Under the pieces are notes generated by a model. It made no database searches. It was given only the letters and a program-made list of their open reading frames with translations, and was not told where the DNA came from. From Gonapodya sp. JEL0774 (lineage: Eukaryota), in the NCBI GenBank assembly GCA_027604505.1, contig JADIIX010000081.1:62001-101202 (forward strand): a DNA stretch of 39,202 nt, written 5' to 3'. Of this stretch, positions 25,045 through 37,658 are shown piece after piece. Both the position numbers and the translations under genes were made by a program. Position 1 is the stretch's first letter, and every line of letters begins with the position of its first letter.

Positions 25045-26530
25045 AGGTGGAACTTCCAGATACAGCCATACTGCAGCGATCATTGTCCCCAAAGATGTAT
25101 TTGAGATTTCTCAGACAATCAAGTGGGCACAAAAACACACAATGTGAGACTTCGGATTTGAAGACTCCCACTGGAAGTCGATCGAAGCGTCTTGACGTCA
25201 TTGCTCATTCCCACCCGATCTCGTTCATCTAGAGATCTCACCATCGCCTGTGGTCGACACACCATCCACAGTTCAAAAGATCTTCATGTAACCCTCGACC
25301 TCCACCTCCTCTCTGCCGTCGTTCCTGACCCAACTAACAACGTCGTCCACGTCCAAGGAGGAGCTCGGTTGGGACAGCTTGGCAAAGTGTGCTTGCTACA
25401 CGGTATCGCGACCGTGGCCGGGACAAATCCCGAATCAGGGTTTGCAGGGTACACGGTGGGGGGAGGATACGGCTACTTATCCAGGCAGAAGGGAATGACC
25501 GTGGACAATTTGATCGAAGTGGAAGCCGTGGATGCCAGTGGAGATATTGGTGAGTCTCTTATCGCGTCCTCTGGAGAAAGAAACATCGATATGAGTCATG
25601 TTCCTTGCAGTAATTGCGAACTAGACACAAAACAGCGATCTGTTCTGGGCGATCCGCGGGGCTGGGGCGAACTTTGCTGTTGTGAGTAACTGAGTGCATT
25701 TAGGTGGAGAGACTCTCATTGAATGCTGACTCTTCTTTCCCAGAGTTCACTTTCCGCACGTACAAGATCAACACGTGCACAACTGGACTCATTGTACACC
25801 TGCCAGCCCACGCTCGCGCTTTGCTTGAGCTTGTTCAATCTACCATGGCAGACGGACCTCGTCCACTTGCCACATCGGTACTCCTTACATTTGCACCCCC
25901 TCCCGGAGTCGCACCAGAGGACGTGAGGCAACCTGCAAAACGTTTTTGCTGCTTTCCTTTCCTCCAGGGCTGTATCGCCTTCCTCCCCTAATCGTAATCA
26001 TTGAGATTCTTGTCACTCAATTCACTAAAGCACCTATCAAGGGCTCCAACATTATCGTACATCCAGTGGGTGGAGCCATCGGGGACCTTTCCTCCGATTC
26101 CACAGCATTTCCGTGGAGACTCAAGGCTGGTTTTTGGGTGAGACACCGTCACCTGCACTTGAACTGACTTCCCTCGTCTTGATGACGCTTTTTCTGTCCT
26201 TAGATCCTCATAATCTCCCGTGCGTCCACAGATGCGGAATTTGCTCTGGCCCGAACTTGGACGATCGAGACTGATAATTAGCTCCGCCCTTTCCGGGCTG
26301 CAACATTTCTTAACGAGATTGGTGGATCGGTGAGCAGCCAAGATGGTATTCGACCCAGTGTTGTGGGAGAGGAGTATTATGGCTCAAACCATGCAAGGCT
26401 GGTGGAGCTAAAGAAAAAGTTTGATCCGGAACAATCACAATGCTGTATAACCACAAGCGATTGGAATATCGTCGTTGGAGAGAACAAAGCGTTAGATCAC
26501 TCAAAGCAGGGTACCATGGTACCAGTTTAG
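25045..26530 (+). pseudogene. FAD-binding (VAO/PCMH, berberine-bridge-enzyme-like) oxidoreductase, probably pseudogenised
   Basis: Motifs: RWN..., AAIIVPKDVFEISQTIKWAQKH, IACGRH, VQGGARLG, GFAGYTVGGGYGYLSRQKGMTVDNL, SDLFWAIRGAGANF, and C-terminal YYGSNHARLVELKKKFDP. In-frame TAG at 25622-25624 (VIAN*TQNSDLFWA). Apparent frameshift near 25070 between RWNFQIQPY and AAIIVP. No intact start found. Confidence 0.75.
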
Positions 26531-26628
26531 TCTCGGTACACAGAGAAAGAACGATTGGTAGTGTGACAAAACACAGTATAGATCATAGAGAGATATACAA
26601 GACAAGGTACTATTACGAAACTCGAACA

Positions 26629-27792
26629 TCACCGGTCGAAATCTCTCCCAACAGTTCCCACTCCACCTGTCGCATCGACACCTGAATCAACCATGCTAGT
26701 GCCTTCATCAGTATTGACACCACGTGGGAAGGTGGGAAACTGAAACTGCAGGTAAGATGGTGTACAGACGCGACAATAAACGGAAGCCTTACTTGCGTAG
26801 CCATTTCCGAGCCCGACACCTTGTTGGCCTGGACGACTTTCCCCTGCGTGATATGCAAATGAACATGACTTGTGCACTATGCACTCTCGTCGCCGGACAG
26901 TTTTAGATCCACACTCACCCGGCCAGACGCTTTCAATGTTTGCGAAGCAAGTGTCGCTAAAGCAACTCCCGCAATGACAGCTAGTACAATGGACGCTACC
27001 AAGGGTCCCGTGCGATCAGGGCAATTGCAATTTGCTCCATCACCTGGTGTGCCGACTCTATCAGATGTTGAGTTACCAAAGAGTGTTGAAGTAGACGCGG
27101 CGAGGACGGCCGATGAGGATGGGGACCAGGGACCATTTATGGTTGTGGAGGCCACGTTGTCGGGAGTAGAGGTGCCTGGAAGTAATGACACGGACAGTGG
27201 ACTCACAAATGAGCAGATCGTGAACAGAAGTTTTGCCTAGTACCTAAACGAACCTGTTCCAGAAGTCAGAGTTTTCACAGAAGTCACAGAGGACGTGCCT
27301 CCAACTGTCCGTAGGCTTTTTATTGAGCTGGAGATTTTTGTAGATGGAAATGCCCTCACTATTGTGGAGTTTGAGGGGCAAGATGTCCCAAAGTAGCAGG
27401 TTTCAACTGGGGAAGGGGAGGCATCAAAGCAGACCACAAATCTTTTGAAATAACGTAGCGGTCAGAATAGGGTACAACATGAAACACCTTATCAGGCAAA
27501 TACAAATCAATCATTGATGCAACTCACCCTATATCACATTCAACCGCACAGAAACCCGACCGTGTATCGCAATATCGAACAACTTCATGCGGTCCCGAGA
27601 TACCACAATCTGTACTTGCGTTACAGGCGATATACGTCCGGCGCTGAAAATGGGCTGCGGCAATACGGAAAAGAGGGCATCACCATGGCATAACATAGTA
27701 TGATGTTTCGCCATCCTCAACTAACTCAACGCGATGACGGTCGGCAGCATCAGCGAAGCCCAACCAAGCACGTTTAGTGCTAGAGAGAACAT
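26629..27792 (-). CDS. Type-I membrane protein: signal peptide - Cys-rich domain - Ser/Thr stalk - TM - short tail (~268 aa, 6 exons)
   Basis: Exons 27792-27726, 27654-27528, 27441-27254, 27175-26919, 26843-26793, 26745-26629 are phase-consistent. Signal MFSLALNVLGWASLMLPTVIA. Cys domain CNASTDCGISGPHEVVRYCDTRSGFCAVECDIGFVVC..TCYFGTSC. TM PLVASIVLAVIAGVALATLA. Confidence 0.72.
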
Positions 27793-28222
27793 ATGATTGA
27801 TTGTTTGAGTGGGGTCAAACGATCGCCAGGAATCCTGCACCAACCTCTTCCCGAATTGAATGGGGAATTTCGCCTCCGGAATCGCGATGACGGCAAAAGG
27901 GTAGCGGTCATAATATTCCAACTTTCCACCCAAAGAATTCGGGACGGAATCGTTTGTAAAACGTTTCGGATTTCACCAAGGTTGGTGAGGCGAGTTCCGC
28001 CGAAAGGCATCAGGTTGTGACGCCACACGTTCGTCACACTGAGGGAACAACCGCACAAGGATATCTAATGTATTATACAACCGTTTCGGCTCCATTCGTG
28101 GGAGGTCCCAACACATCTTTCAAAACTTGCGTCATCATTGCGTTATGTATTTGAGAATGGACCTTCCTCCAGCGGCATTTCACTAACCTCAAATGGCAGC
28201 AGCTGCTATCGGCTTGGGCTCT

Positions 28223-30864
28223 TCACTCTGATTCAATGGAAGCAAATTTTTCTCTACAGATTTGATCGGAGTGGTTGGCTTGAATATCCCTGTAGCTGTG
28301 ATAGTTAATAAAATTCACGACAGACTGACTAATGCCCTGGAACTCACCGGGTGTGACTAAGGGGTACAAACGAAGAGCTGCTGCACCAAAATGTGCTAGT
28401 GCAAGTGAAATAGAGAGAGCAACAGCTGGAAACAGGAGTAGTAGGTGGCCCAAGAGTCACAAACTGAATTGACTCTGGCCTACCTACCACCAATCAAAGT
28501 GCCCAGGTACTTACGCCACAGTGCAACACCAACGACTCCAGTCGAATCCGTCACGTTTATGAGCTTTGTGAATGAATCCTGTAAGGTGGATGACACGATC
28601 ATCTCTCAACGACTTAACCGACCACGTAGATAGAATATGCAAGCCACAGTCCACCAAGCACCACTCGAGGAATAATTGCAATGGTGAATTTTATGGAATC
28701 GAGCAAACATAATCACACTCACCGTCGTAGACAACCTCCAATTGCCATGCAACTGCCCAAGAAGGAGATACAAAGCGCTCGATCGTCTTCCGGTAAGATG
28801 CAATCACGTCAAATGCTATAATGTGAAGAGAAACCACCACGGCAACGACTGCCACAATGATTGATGGCAAGAAAATCTTTGATCCTCGAAAGTCATCGAG
28901 ATTTTCGGACGAGCAAAACGTCCGCGTGAACGAGGCGAGATTGCAAATGTACGAGAGCTCTGATGGCAGTGCAGTAGAGACGTAGTGGACTGGATGGATG
29001 AAATGGGTGGCGGTAGAAAAGATAAGTTTCGCCGAAATTGTCAACTACTTACAGCCCACTCCAACGCAAATCAAAACACCAATCAGCAGTACGAGCTGAA
29101 GAATGCGGAGACGCCGCAAATGGGTAAGGTAAGGGCGTTCAGACTCTGGGCTAGACATGGAATTGATTTTGGCGGATCGAGTGCGTCACTATGAAACAGG
29201 CCGGAGTTTCTTTTTGCTTGAGACCCCTCACATGCTCCCGACCCGAAGAACATTCTAATATGAGTCTGAAACGAATACAAACTCTTCGGTCACTGGGCGG
29301 AAATCACTACATAAGAGTACAAATTGGCTCCCGCCGACGAAGAGAGAATGAATTGCTTCATCACCAAGCACTCAGACGACGAAAATGAAGGGAAAGAACT
29401 AAGCGGCTTTATGCTTGCAAGCGTTCGCCAATCATCTGACACATTAACCACTTTCGGAGCCTCATCACAGCATGTCCAGTAGAAAATTTCGGAGTTTAGT
29501 CGATGTCTTCATAGAAGCTTGGTAGAAGAAGTTTTGAAAGCATGCGATCTTGCCTCAAGTCAGTTATATCTATTGTTGTTCCATATATTTGGATCTCATC
29601 CCCGACCTCAGATTACAAACCGACAAAGCCGAAAAAGAGCACACACCCCGCCTGAACGTCCTTGCAAACATCGTCCCACCGCAGTCTCGGCCAGCAAGAC
29701 CTGTCGATATTTCATCCACGTGAATTGCCAGGATCGGACTGATATCGAAGCGGGAGTCTGTGAGTTGGCTCCTGGCTCCGCGGAACTTCCTCACATTCAA
29801 AGATCGCTCACGGGATTATTGTACGACCCAAGTCTTCTTACATGTCACATTGAGGAGATTCAGGGATGCCGTACAAGCGAATTGGTGGTTCCGGCAGTGA
29901 GCCTCAGAACGTCAAACTTGACAAACACATTCTGTGATTCTGTGAATTTAATGCGCAGGCAAATGGAAGCGCGAAGATGGAGTACATTACGCGGAAATTC
30001 AAAAGGATCATGTCGTCAAGGGCAACGGCCATTTTGTTCATGAGTTTCCACTGCGATATGAGGCAGTGGACACGGGTATGCCGATCCATCTGCCAATATA
30101 TCCTCACCAGAAGGACACTAAATCCACCGTAATCCATGCGCAAATCAAGGGGCAAGTGCACCAAGCACGTCAGATGCAAACATACCCATGGAAGTGAGTA
30201 GCAATGGTGATCGTGCATCACCACTGTTGGACTGAGAATACTCCTTCCATGGCAGTCGATTTTGCCAGTCGATGCATTTGAGACCCCTCGTCCGTCACGT
30301 ACACGTTCCCACATAGAGGTGAGATCATTTTTGCCAAGTTCAAAGATGTGGTACATAATGTAACGAGTACATTATATCTTTAGAGTCGCGAAGGGAACAA
30401 GGAAGATAGCGAGACCCCCAAGTTCCATAAAAGTGAGTTCAAATAGAACATATTGCAGGTGATAGGACTGATCAATAAGTTCTGTTGTTGATGCCATCGT
30501 ATAATCAAGCGCTGCTGCCTGGACCACCCCCAAAAGTGCGGAGGAAACGACCCACGTCAACATTCAACCCAAGACTTGATAAGCGGACACCAGCAAAAAA
30601 AGAGCGCAAGAGTCTCTGGATGCAGATGCAGCTGGCTCTTTTGGGGCGGCGCCGTGGTCAACAAATTATGGAGACATCCCGCATCAAAGCCCTTCTCGCT
30701 ATGTACCTCCCACCAATTGTCGATAAGAACCATAAAATAACAGATTGGAAAGAGGAAACGCTTGAATGGGATGAACCATCGGACGAGTTCTTCAGCATAT
30801 CAAGCCGCAGGATGGACAACATGATATCAAGTACGATGTTGCCTTTGAGACTAAAATAGCACAA
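28223..30864 (-). pseudogene. Possible degenerate or unresolved multi-TM membrane protein gene
   Basis: Several hydrophobic minus-strand ORF pieces (30372-30563, 29904-30356, 28691-29044, 28223-28453). The first two are in frame but separated by a TAA. No coherent splice model or family found. Confidence 0.25.
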
Positions 30865-31467
30865 AGAAATCTACATGTACATTGCTCAAGTGCTTCCGCA
30901 TAATGCTTGTGCATTTTGGTCCATTTTTCCTCGAATTGTCTGCAGCAAATCCGCTTCCTTCGTGAACCACACTCTCTCGAACCATCACGCGTTCTAACGA
31001 ACTTTCCCGTCATCCACCGCCAGTTTGGCTCCGCAGACACAGATTCGCCCAGAATCAACAAAATGAGGCTCCAGCAACGCCCGCGGGACAGTACAGGCAG
31101 GGTGAATCCTTGTTCGCCCGCTCCAACTCGGTTCACAACGCATCAACACCGCTTCAGGAAGAATTCTGCACGCAGTTGATGTGCTTAATTTAGTGCGCTT
31201 TACCGGACGCGCCAACATCGTCCGCAAAGAGCACCAATTCAAATGAATTTGGTCTCTTCAGTGTACCGTCTAGTCATTTCCTGACTCTCGACGGCGGACA
31301 ATTCTAGATTATATCTTTCACGTATTCCCGACTGATGTTCTTGCCTTTCCGTGTCTGCGACTTCAATCCTTTCTCTTGTCCTGGGGCGGCCCCGCCCCCG
31401 CGGCCCGGCGGGGGGGGGGCCGGGCGGGCGGCGGGCCCCCCCCCGCGGGGGCCGCCCGGGGCGGGAG

Positions 31468-31477
31468 NNNNNNNNNN
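31468..31477. other. Assembly gap (10 N) flanked by GC-only and poly-C sequence
   Basis: N run; G/C-only stretch ~31383-31467; poly-C ~31563-31581. Confidence 0.95.
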
Positions 31478-32166
31478 AATTTTTCATTTTCTATTGTCGT
31501 TTTTCCCGATTTCTGTTTTTTGCCATCCCGTGGTTGCTCATACTCCCTTTGATTTGTCTTTCCCCCCCCCCCCCCCCCCCCAACACACACACAAACGCCG
31601 CAACGACCAGCCCAATTGGCGATTCCGCGTTGATGAAAAAGTATGTACCCCCGTGACGGGGTTCCACCTGGAGTTTCGGTGGCCGGCGAGCAATGAGTAG
31701 CTTTCGGAGGAAGGGGTTGGGGTGGGGAACAGGAGGGAAAGGAGGGGAGAGAGAGGAATTGGAAGGTATGGGGCAATCAAACAGGTGTGGTGCACGTTCA
31801 TGCGGACGCGCAGCACTACCGCCACCACCTGGGGGTCCCTCACCCAAAGAAACGGGGAACGCAACCCACTCACCCAAGCGCGCACGTCCCTGGATGATGG
31901 AAAGGTGACGCTGCGTCAGTCCGACTACGAGAAACTCCAGGGACTTTTGCGGGCTTTCAAAGCGAAGGAACTTGACTCTGAGTTCTGCAGTTTGAACTCA
32001 TTCTCGTTACACACATATATATTTGCGCATGTCGATTTTATTTATTGTTACGATATCATTATCACTTCACGAAGTCTTCGGATTTTGTTTTCAAATTTGA
32101 TGGAATAGTCCAACGTATCCCGCAAGGTATCATTTTGGCGAAATGATTTTCCTATGCACACATCTC

Positions 32167-33128
32167 TCAGATTCCAACCACCATCGCGAAAAGTCCAGCG
32201 ACAGCAACCCAACCCCGGAGTGGAATTGGTGAAAAAAGAGCGCGAGCACCAGATGAGAGGCTGGTTGTGGGAACGCACTTCATGCTTGTGTATGTTTTCG
32301 TTTGATTATTCGAGGAGCACAGATAGTTAGAAAGAGTTATACAATTGACACTACAGGCTGCATCCTGGATGTCATGAGTGGTACTGGGGATGAGAGCCAC
32401 GTCCTCACAGGAGAACTTCAGACACTCACGGAACAGGTTTTAATCCCTGAGCATGAGGTGATATGGTACGTTCTTGCTGGAACCAACTGTACATCCTGAT
32501 ACTGTCTTCCAGAAGGAAAGATTCGGAGACCGAAATCCGGAATGCAGGCCGTGGAGATGTAGAGTGCTTGGAGATTTAGTGTGGTTGCATTTTCCCCGCA
32601 AGTCGACGAGTTGAAAGTGGTGGCCACAATCACTGCGTGTTCCAGTAACAATAAGAGCAAAGATATTGCGGCATACTAACATCTCACTCACCGTTAGGCC
32701 CGACATTGGGAACAAGTGTTGCCATGTCAATAGACTTTCCATCCCCTGCGGTCTGAGGAACACTTCCGTACTTGACACTTCCCAGAATCTCCCCTGGGTT
32801 CGTATTATTAACTAGTTGCGACTGTGTCCAAGCAGGCGTGCACGGTATCTGTGCCACGTCTGTGTAATTTGGGAAGCCGATTCCGAATCCACCTGGGGTG
32901 CTGGGGACAATTAATGAACTTATGGGTGTTCCTTGAACCAATCGCAAGCAGATTAGCGAAATTTTCCACGATTACAGTCTCGTCCTTCAACACACCCGAG
33001 CAATCGTGGGAGTTGTACGTGATCAGGAGGCTGGCCGTTGATGACGTTGCGGGCTCGGCGGGCAGAATCAGGGACATCAGAAAGACAATCAGGGTTGAGT
33101 TTCGGGCAAGTTCTGTTGACGTTCGCAT
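32167..33128 (-). CDS. Cys-rich secreted protein with C-terminal GPI-anchor-like signal (~257 aa, 4 exons)
   Basis: Exons 33128-32996, 32931-32692, 32632-32430, 32364-32167 are phase-consistent; intron 1 has a GCTAAT branch site. N-terminal hydrophobic LIVFLMSLILPAEPA. Cys motifs YNSHDCSGTP, FNSSTCG, TCSDAACSVNC. C-terminus SLSSGARALF...GWVAVAGLFAMVVGI*. Confidence 0.7.
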
Positions 33129-34003
33129 GATTGGTTCCACTTTTCTTTTGCAGTTCGGATTCAGAGGACTCTCTTGTTACTTATATATGGACTGCTGAGG
33201 TCTGCTGAGGTGTGACTATATTACACGGTGCGCCTTAAGGTGGCATCCCGGTGTCACCAATCTCTGCGGATTTGGGGGACTTTCGAGTGCGAGGAATCCG
33301 TTGGTGAAGTCGGAAAGTACGTTCTTCCGGGCCCAACAACGAGTCTCCATGCCCGGCATGTATCGTCGCGGTCTTTGAAAACCCAAATCACCACAACCAA
33401 TGCCCAAGCAGAAGTAGTTTTATGTATTACAGCAGATTGCTGTGTCTCGTCTTCCGCCCGGTATACTGAGCGATCCCCCTCAAACCCGGCCCGATCCCCA
33501 GCCGGGCCACCCCCTCCACCTTTTGGAGTGCTGCGGCGGGCCAACATTAGATGGAGGTATGGACGGTGGAAAACCGGTGCAAATTGGAACTAAACAGGTG
33601 GGTGAAGGTGAGTCCACTTCCCCACGGTACTCATCATTCAAGGTCATTTATTGGATGCTGTGTCGCTCCGTACAGCCCATTCCTCCGCTCGCACGTCTAT
33701 TTACATACTTTGATGCAGTCGTGGCTACGCTCACGCGTGGAGCTGTGTCGGCAAGCCGCTCAAGGACTCGGTGATATCTTTTTTGTGCTCACATCATCTG
33801 CTCCGTGCATCGCTCTACTACTCCGCGATTCTTCGACTCTCTTCCCTGCCTGCCGGAACATTTCCCACCTGATAACTCTAAAACGCCCACCTCCCCTGCC
33901 ACTACACCAACCCGTGTACCTCCTCCCCAAATGAGGTCAGACCTTGTTTCCGGCAATATGACGCTCTCAGACCTGCGGACGGGGGGCGGGGGGGGGGGGG
34001 GGG

Positions 34004-34102
34004 NNNNNNNNNNNNNNNNNNNNNNNNNNNNNNNNNNNNNNNNNNNNNNNNNNNNNNNNNNNNNNNNNNNNNNNNNNNNNNNNNNNNNNNNNNNNNNNNN
34101 NN
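34004..34102. other. Assembly gap (~100 N) preceded by poly-G
   Basis: N run after a poly-G tract at ~33981-34003. Confidence 0.95.
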
Positions 34103-36950
34103 CACTGCGGCTGACTGTTACTCACTCCTGGTATAGTGTCAAGATGGCTTGTTCTTGAGGTGAGCTCACGGTTTGGCGAGTTTGATTCCTTCCGAGACAA
34201 TCAGCAATCTGTGCTTCACAATCCCTTGCAGTTCTCGAGACAAACCACTTTATCTTCTTCTCCGGAAGCCCCGACTTCTCGATCCACCGCCTCCCTCAGT
34301 GCTTCAGTCAATAGGTTGGGATGGACGCGCGTGGGACACATTGCGGGCTGGTTCACAATCCCGAGGAGTGAGGCAAGTCAGGGTGAGACAAGGGTTAGCA
34401 AGACCAAGTGTTTCATTACCTCGAAGTCGTCTGCGGGATTGAAGGTGAGCCTCCTGGGTGAGCCTCTGTGAACTTTGTGACCAGACAAGCGATAGCCGAG
34501 CGGTGCCGCGGAGAAGCACGGGATGGGAATGTGCAAAGATGTGAACGATACGGACGACCGACGTGATGACGGAGTCCGTGAACGAGGGCGAACCACAAGC
34601 TCAACATTAGCTATGGATTTTTTTTTTGCTCCGTCGGTTTCAGCTCACTCAAATCCCCGTTCCCCAGGACTCTCGGAAAAACGCCACCGCCTCAAAAATC
34701 TGCACCATTCCCTTTCTACCCTCCGCCCGCGACCGCTTCTCCCTTCGCTCCACTCGCACCTACATCAAATTACCACCGTCACCACCTACCGTCACTCGTA
34801 CCCGATGTTTCTTCGACAAGAATTGAAGGATGGAACCGGACGTGGAAGCGACAGAGGAGGGGGAAGGTGAGTGGAAGTTGGGGTAAAGCACAGTTTGGCC
34901 GTCTGCGTACCACGAGAGTGGGCGATGCTGAAAGGGGTGCAAGACAGGCTGGGACTTTTGGTTGTGTGATGCCCGATGTTGATGCCGGTGGGTTCCGGGA
35001 GCAAGTTTGCCCAGCCCGGGGAACGGATGTTGCGGAGATTTGCCAACCAGTTACTCACGTTGACGTGTGTTTTCTACTTTTCTTGCCTCCTCAAAGATCC
35101 CTTTTCTCGCCCATGTGTCCTGTCGACACGGTCTTCGTCGTTTCTAGTTTCTTCCTCCGTTGAAAGCCCAGGCCAAGATAAGTGTCTAATCCCCACCGTC
35201 GCCAATTCTTTTTCAGTCTTATCCCTTCTGTCTACCCCAACCACACACCAAATGCCGCCTATAGTTCTATGATCCTTCCACACCATCCTCCCACACCCGC
35301 CACCCGCTGAGCGTAAATCGCAATGACTAAACGGCAAGACGAAGTTTGTGGACACAATCAGTGAAATCATAGGTCCATCTTGGAACGTCAAACTTGTATC
35401 CTGTTCTACACCCTTCATATCGCTCAACCGCTCATATCTTCAACACCGTCTCGGCACACCGTACCCACCCATTAACCTTCTTCCTCGCCAACACCGATCA
35501 CGCTTACCTATCTGCCAGATTTGCCAACATTATGTCCGAGTGTTTGAGGGGAACCAAGGTGAATCAGTGTCGAAGGGCAGGGTTTGCAGCTTGTTGGTAC
35601 CGAGAAGCAGCGCAGAATATTGGCGCACGCAAAGCTTCAATGGTGACGAACGTAAGAAAAGATGCGGAGGTGGGAACCCAGGGAAAGAGGTGACGGTCGG
35701 CGGAGGGAAGGTGCTGGTGCAGGGAACGGCCGGCGGACTAGTGCCATGTGAGCGAAGGATTGCAGGCTTGTCCCACGTTTTTGGTGCCATTGCTATGGGC
35801 CTTGATTCTCTTGATCTTACTTGCTGTAACTTTCGATCCCCGGCTTCCCCAATCCTCACCCACATCGCAAGAAAAGCAAGACAGCCAACCCTCAATCCTC
35901 CCGGACCTCTCTCCTTCTGTCACGTCCTCCACGCTTGAGTCACATCTCTTCCCCGTCTCAAATTTGTTGCCACAGTTACCACTCGTCTGCAACTCCACCC
36001 AGTAGCACCGTGAACAGATGAGAGGAGGAAATGGGATGCAGAAAGAGAAGAGGAGACAGATAAGGGATACGAGGCCGGGAGCATGGTGAGTTTGTGATGG
36101 TGTCGGTCAGTTGATTGGTGGCAGTCGGCGCGGTCCGCGCCGAGTACTTTTAGTGTTCTCCCGCCGAACCGTCATCCTTCACGACTTCCCCTGATTCACA
36201 GATCACAGTAATGTATGCCATTGGTTTCGCACTGACCTACCATATCTAAGTCAAAATGTGGATTTTGATTTGAAGGAGTGCTTTTCAATCTTGGTGAAGG
36301 AGATCCCGCAGCAAGGAAAAAGGTGATAGCGTCGCAAGACATTTGCACCAAACGTGATATTTGGACCATGGGTGAAAAGAGAGTCAGCATATGATTGTGG
36401 GGAACCGCGGGAAGTGTGTTCCAGCGGGGCGGGGACCTGAGGGGTGGAACGATGGCGTTCGGACCACCACAAAAGGATACCCGGGAGGTCCACGTTACAA
36501 TCAAAGGTAGGCTGTCCCCCATCACCGACGGAGAACCACCGGGTGTCGGGTGTCACGCCAAAACTGACGGGGAGGGGGACGAGCGGAACCGGGGTTATGG
36601 TGGGCCTCCTGCGTGGGCAGTGAAGCACGGCGGGCGTGGGGAGGGCGCGAGAGTGGGAAGTGTGCAGCAACGGGAGAGGGGCAGAGCGTGTTGGAGGCGG
36701 GGCAAACGGAATGAAACTGTAAGTGGTTGACGTGGACCTGCAGTCTGCACCCACGGACCATCGGGCAGGAGAAGGCGATGCATCTTTATCATGTACGCAA
36801 TACAATTCACATAGAGAATATAAAATCAAATCACAAGCGTGTCTTGTTGAACGTGGAGGGTGTTTGGAAAGCCCCGTGTGCATTTACTCAGAGCAATAAA
36901 ACCAAAACGCAAACACAGCACGACATCGTCAAATCTGAAGCAGAACCGCC

Positions 36951-37658
36951 ATGTCTACTGCGCACGACATTCAACTGATCGACGCCGTTGAAATCGGCCA
37001 GACACAGCGAGTCCGGCAACTACTGGCGGATGGAGCGAACGCGAACGCTCGGAAGTTGGTCACGTTGACCTGCACGATTGGGTTAGAGACAAATACCGAC
37101 ACAGTGGAATGCGAATCGGTGCTAGGGCTGGGGATAATGCGCGCGCATGAGGACGTTGTCAAGGCGTTGCTCGCAGGAGGTGCCGATCCGAATGGGGCGT
37201 GTGAGTGGAAAGTCGCCAACTACTATTCATCGTGGGATGAAGACAGGTGGAACCGGAAGCGCTGGTATGCGACGTATTTGTTCCCTTCTGCATTGACGCT
37301 GGCAGTGGCGCGGGGAGGGAAGGGGACGATGTGGGACGGCAAAACATACGATTCACCAAACTCCGACAACCAACTTGTGATCAACTACAAGGGTGGCAAC
37401 ATCCAGCTGAACGATCCCAATCTTCATCAGGACCCATTCATCTCTCCATTCACTCTTTGTCCTTCCCTCCGCATTGTCAAACTCCTCTTGTCTCATGGGG
37501 CTGCAGTCACTGACACCGAACTCAGCGCTGCTCGCAAATGGCCAGATGAATTGTTTTTTCAAGTTCTACAAGATCATCAATCTCAACTTCTAACCCCAGC
37601 TCCAGCCTTCTCGCAACCCTCTCCTCCACCTGCTACATCACCTTCCACCGCGTCTTAG
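36951..37658 (+). CDS. Ankyrin-repeat-like protein with large insertions, possibly truncated by a premature stop
   Basis: ANK-like segments LIDAVEIGQTQRVRQLLADGANANA, SVLGLGIMRAHEDVVKALLAGGADPN and IVKLLLSHGAAV. Intronless 235 aa ORF followed in frame by a decayed coiled-coil-like sequence. Confidence 0.7.
   Translation: MSTAHDIQLIDAVEIGQTQRVRQLLADGANANARKLVTLTCTIGLETNTDTVECESVLGLGIMRAHEDVVKALLAGGADPNGACEWKVANYYSSWDEDRWNRKRWYATYLFPSALTLAVARGGKGTMWDGKTYDSPNSDNQLVINYKGGNIQLNDPNLHQDPFISPFTLCPSLRIVKLLLSHGAAVTDTELSAARKWPDELFFQVLQDHQSQLLTPAPAFSQPSPPPATSPSTAS

Noticed and set aside
25622..25624. TAG or TGA reassignment/readthrough to explain in-frame stops (also 37656, 39077)
   Set aside because: Intact genes here end in TAG (Amt, esterase, receptor 2), TGA (kinases) and TAA (receptor 1), and the interrupted loci carry other lesions too.
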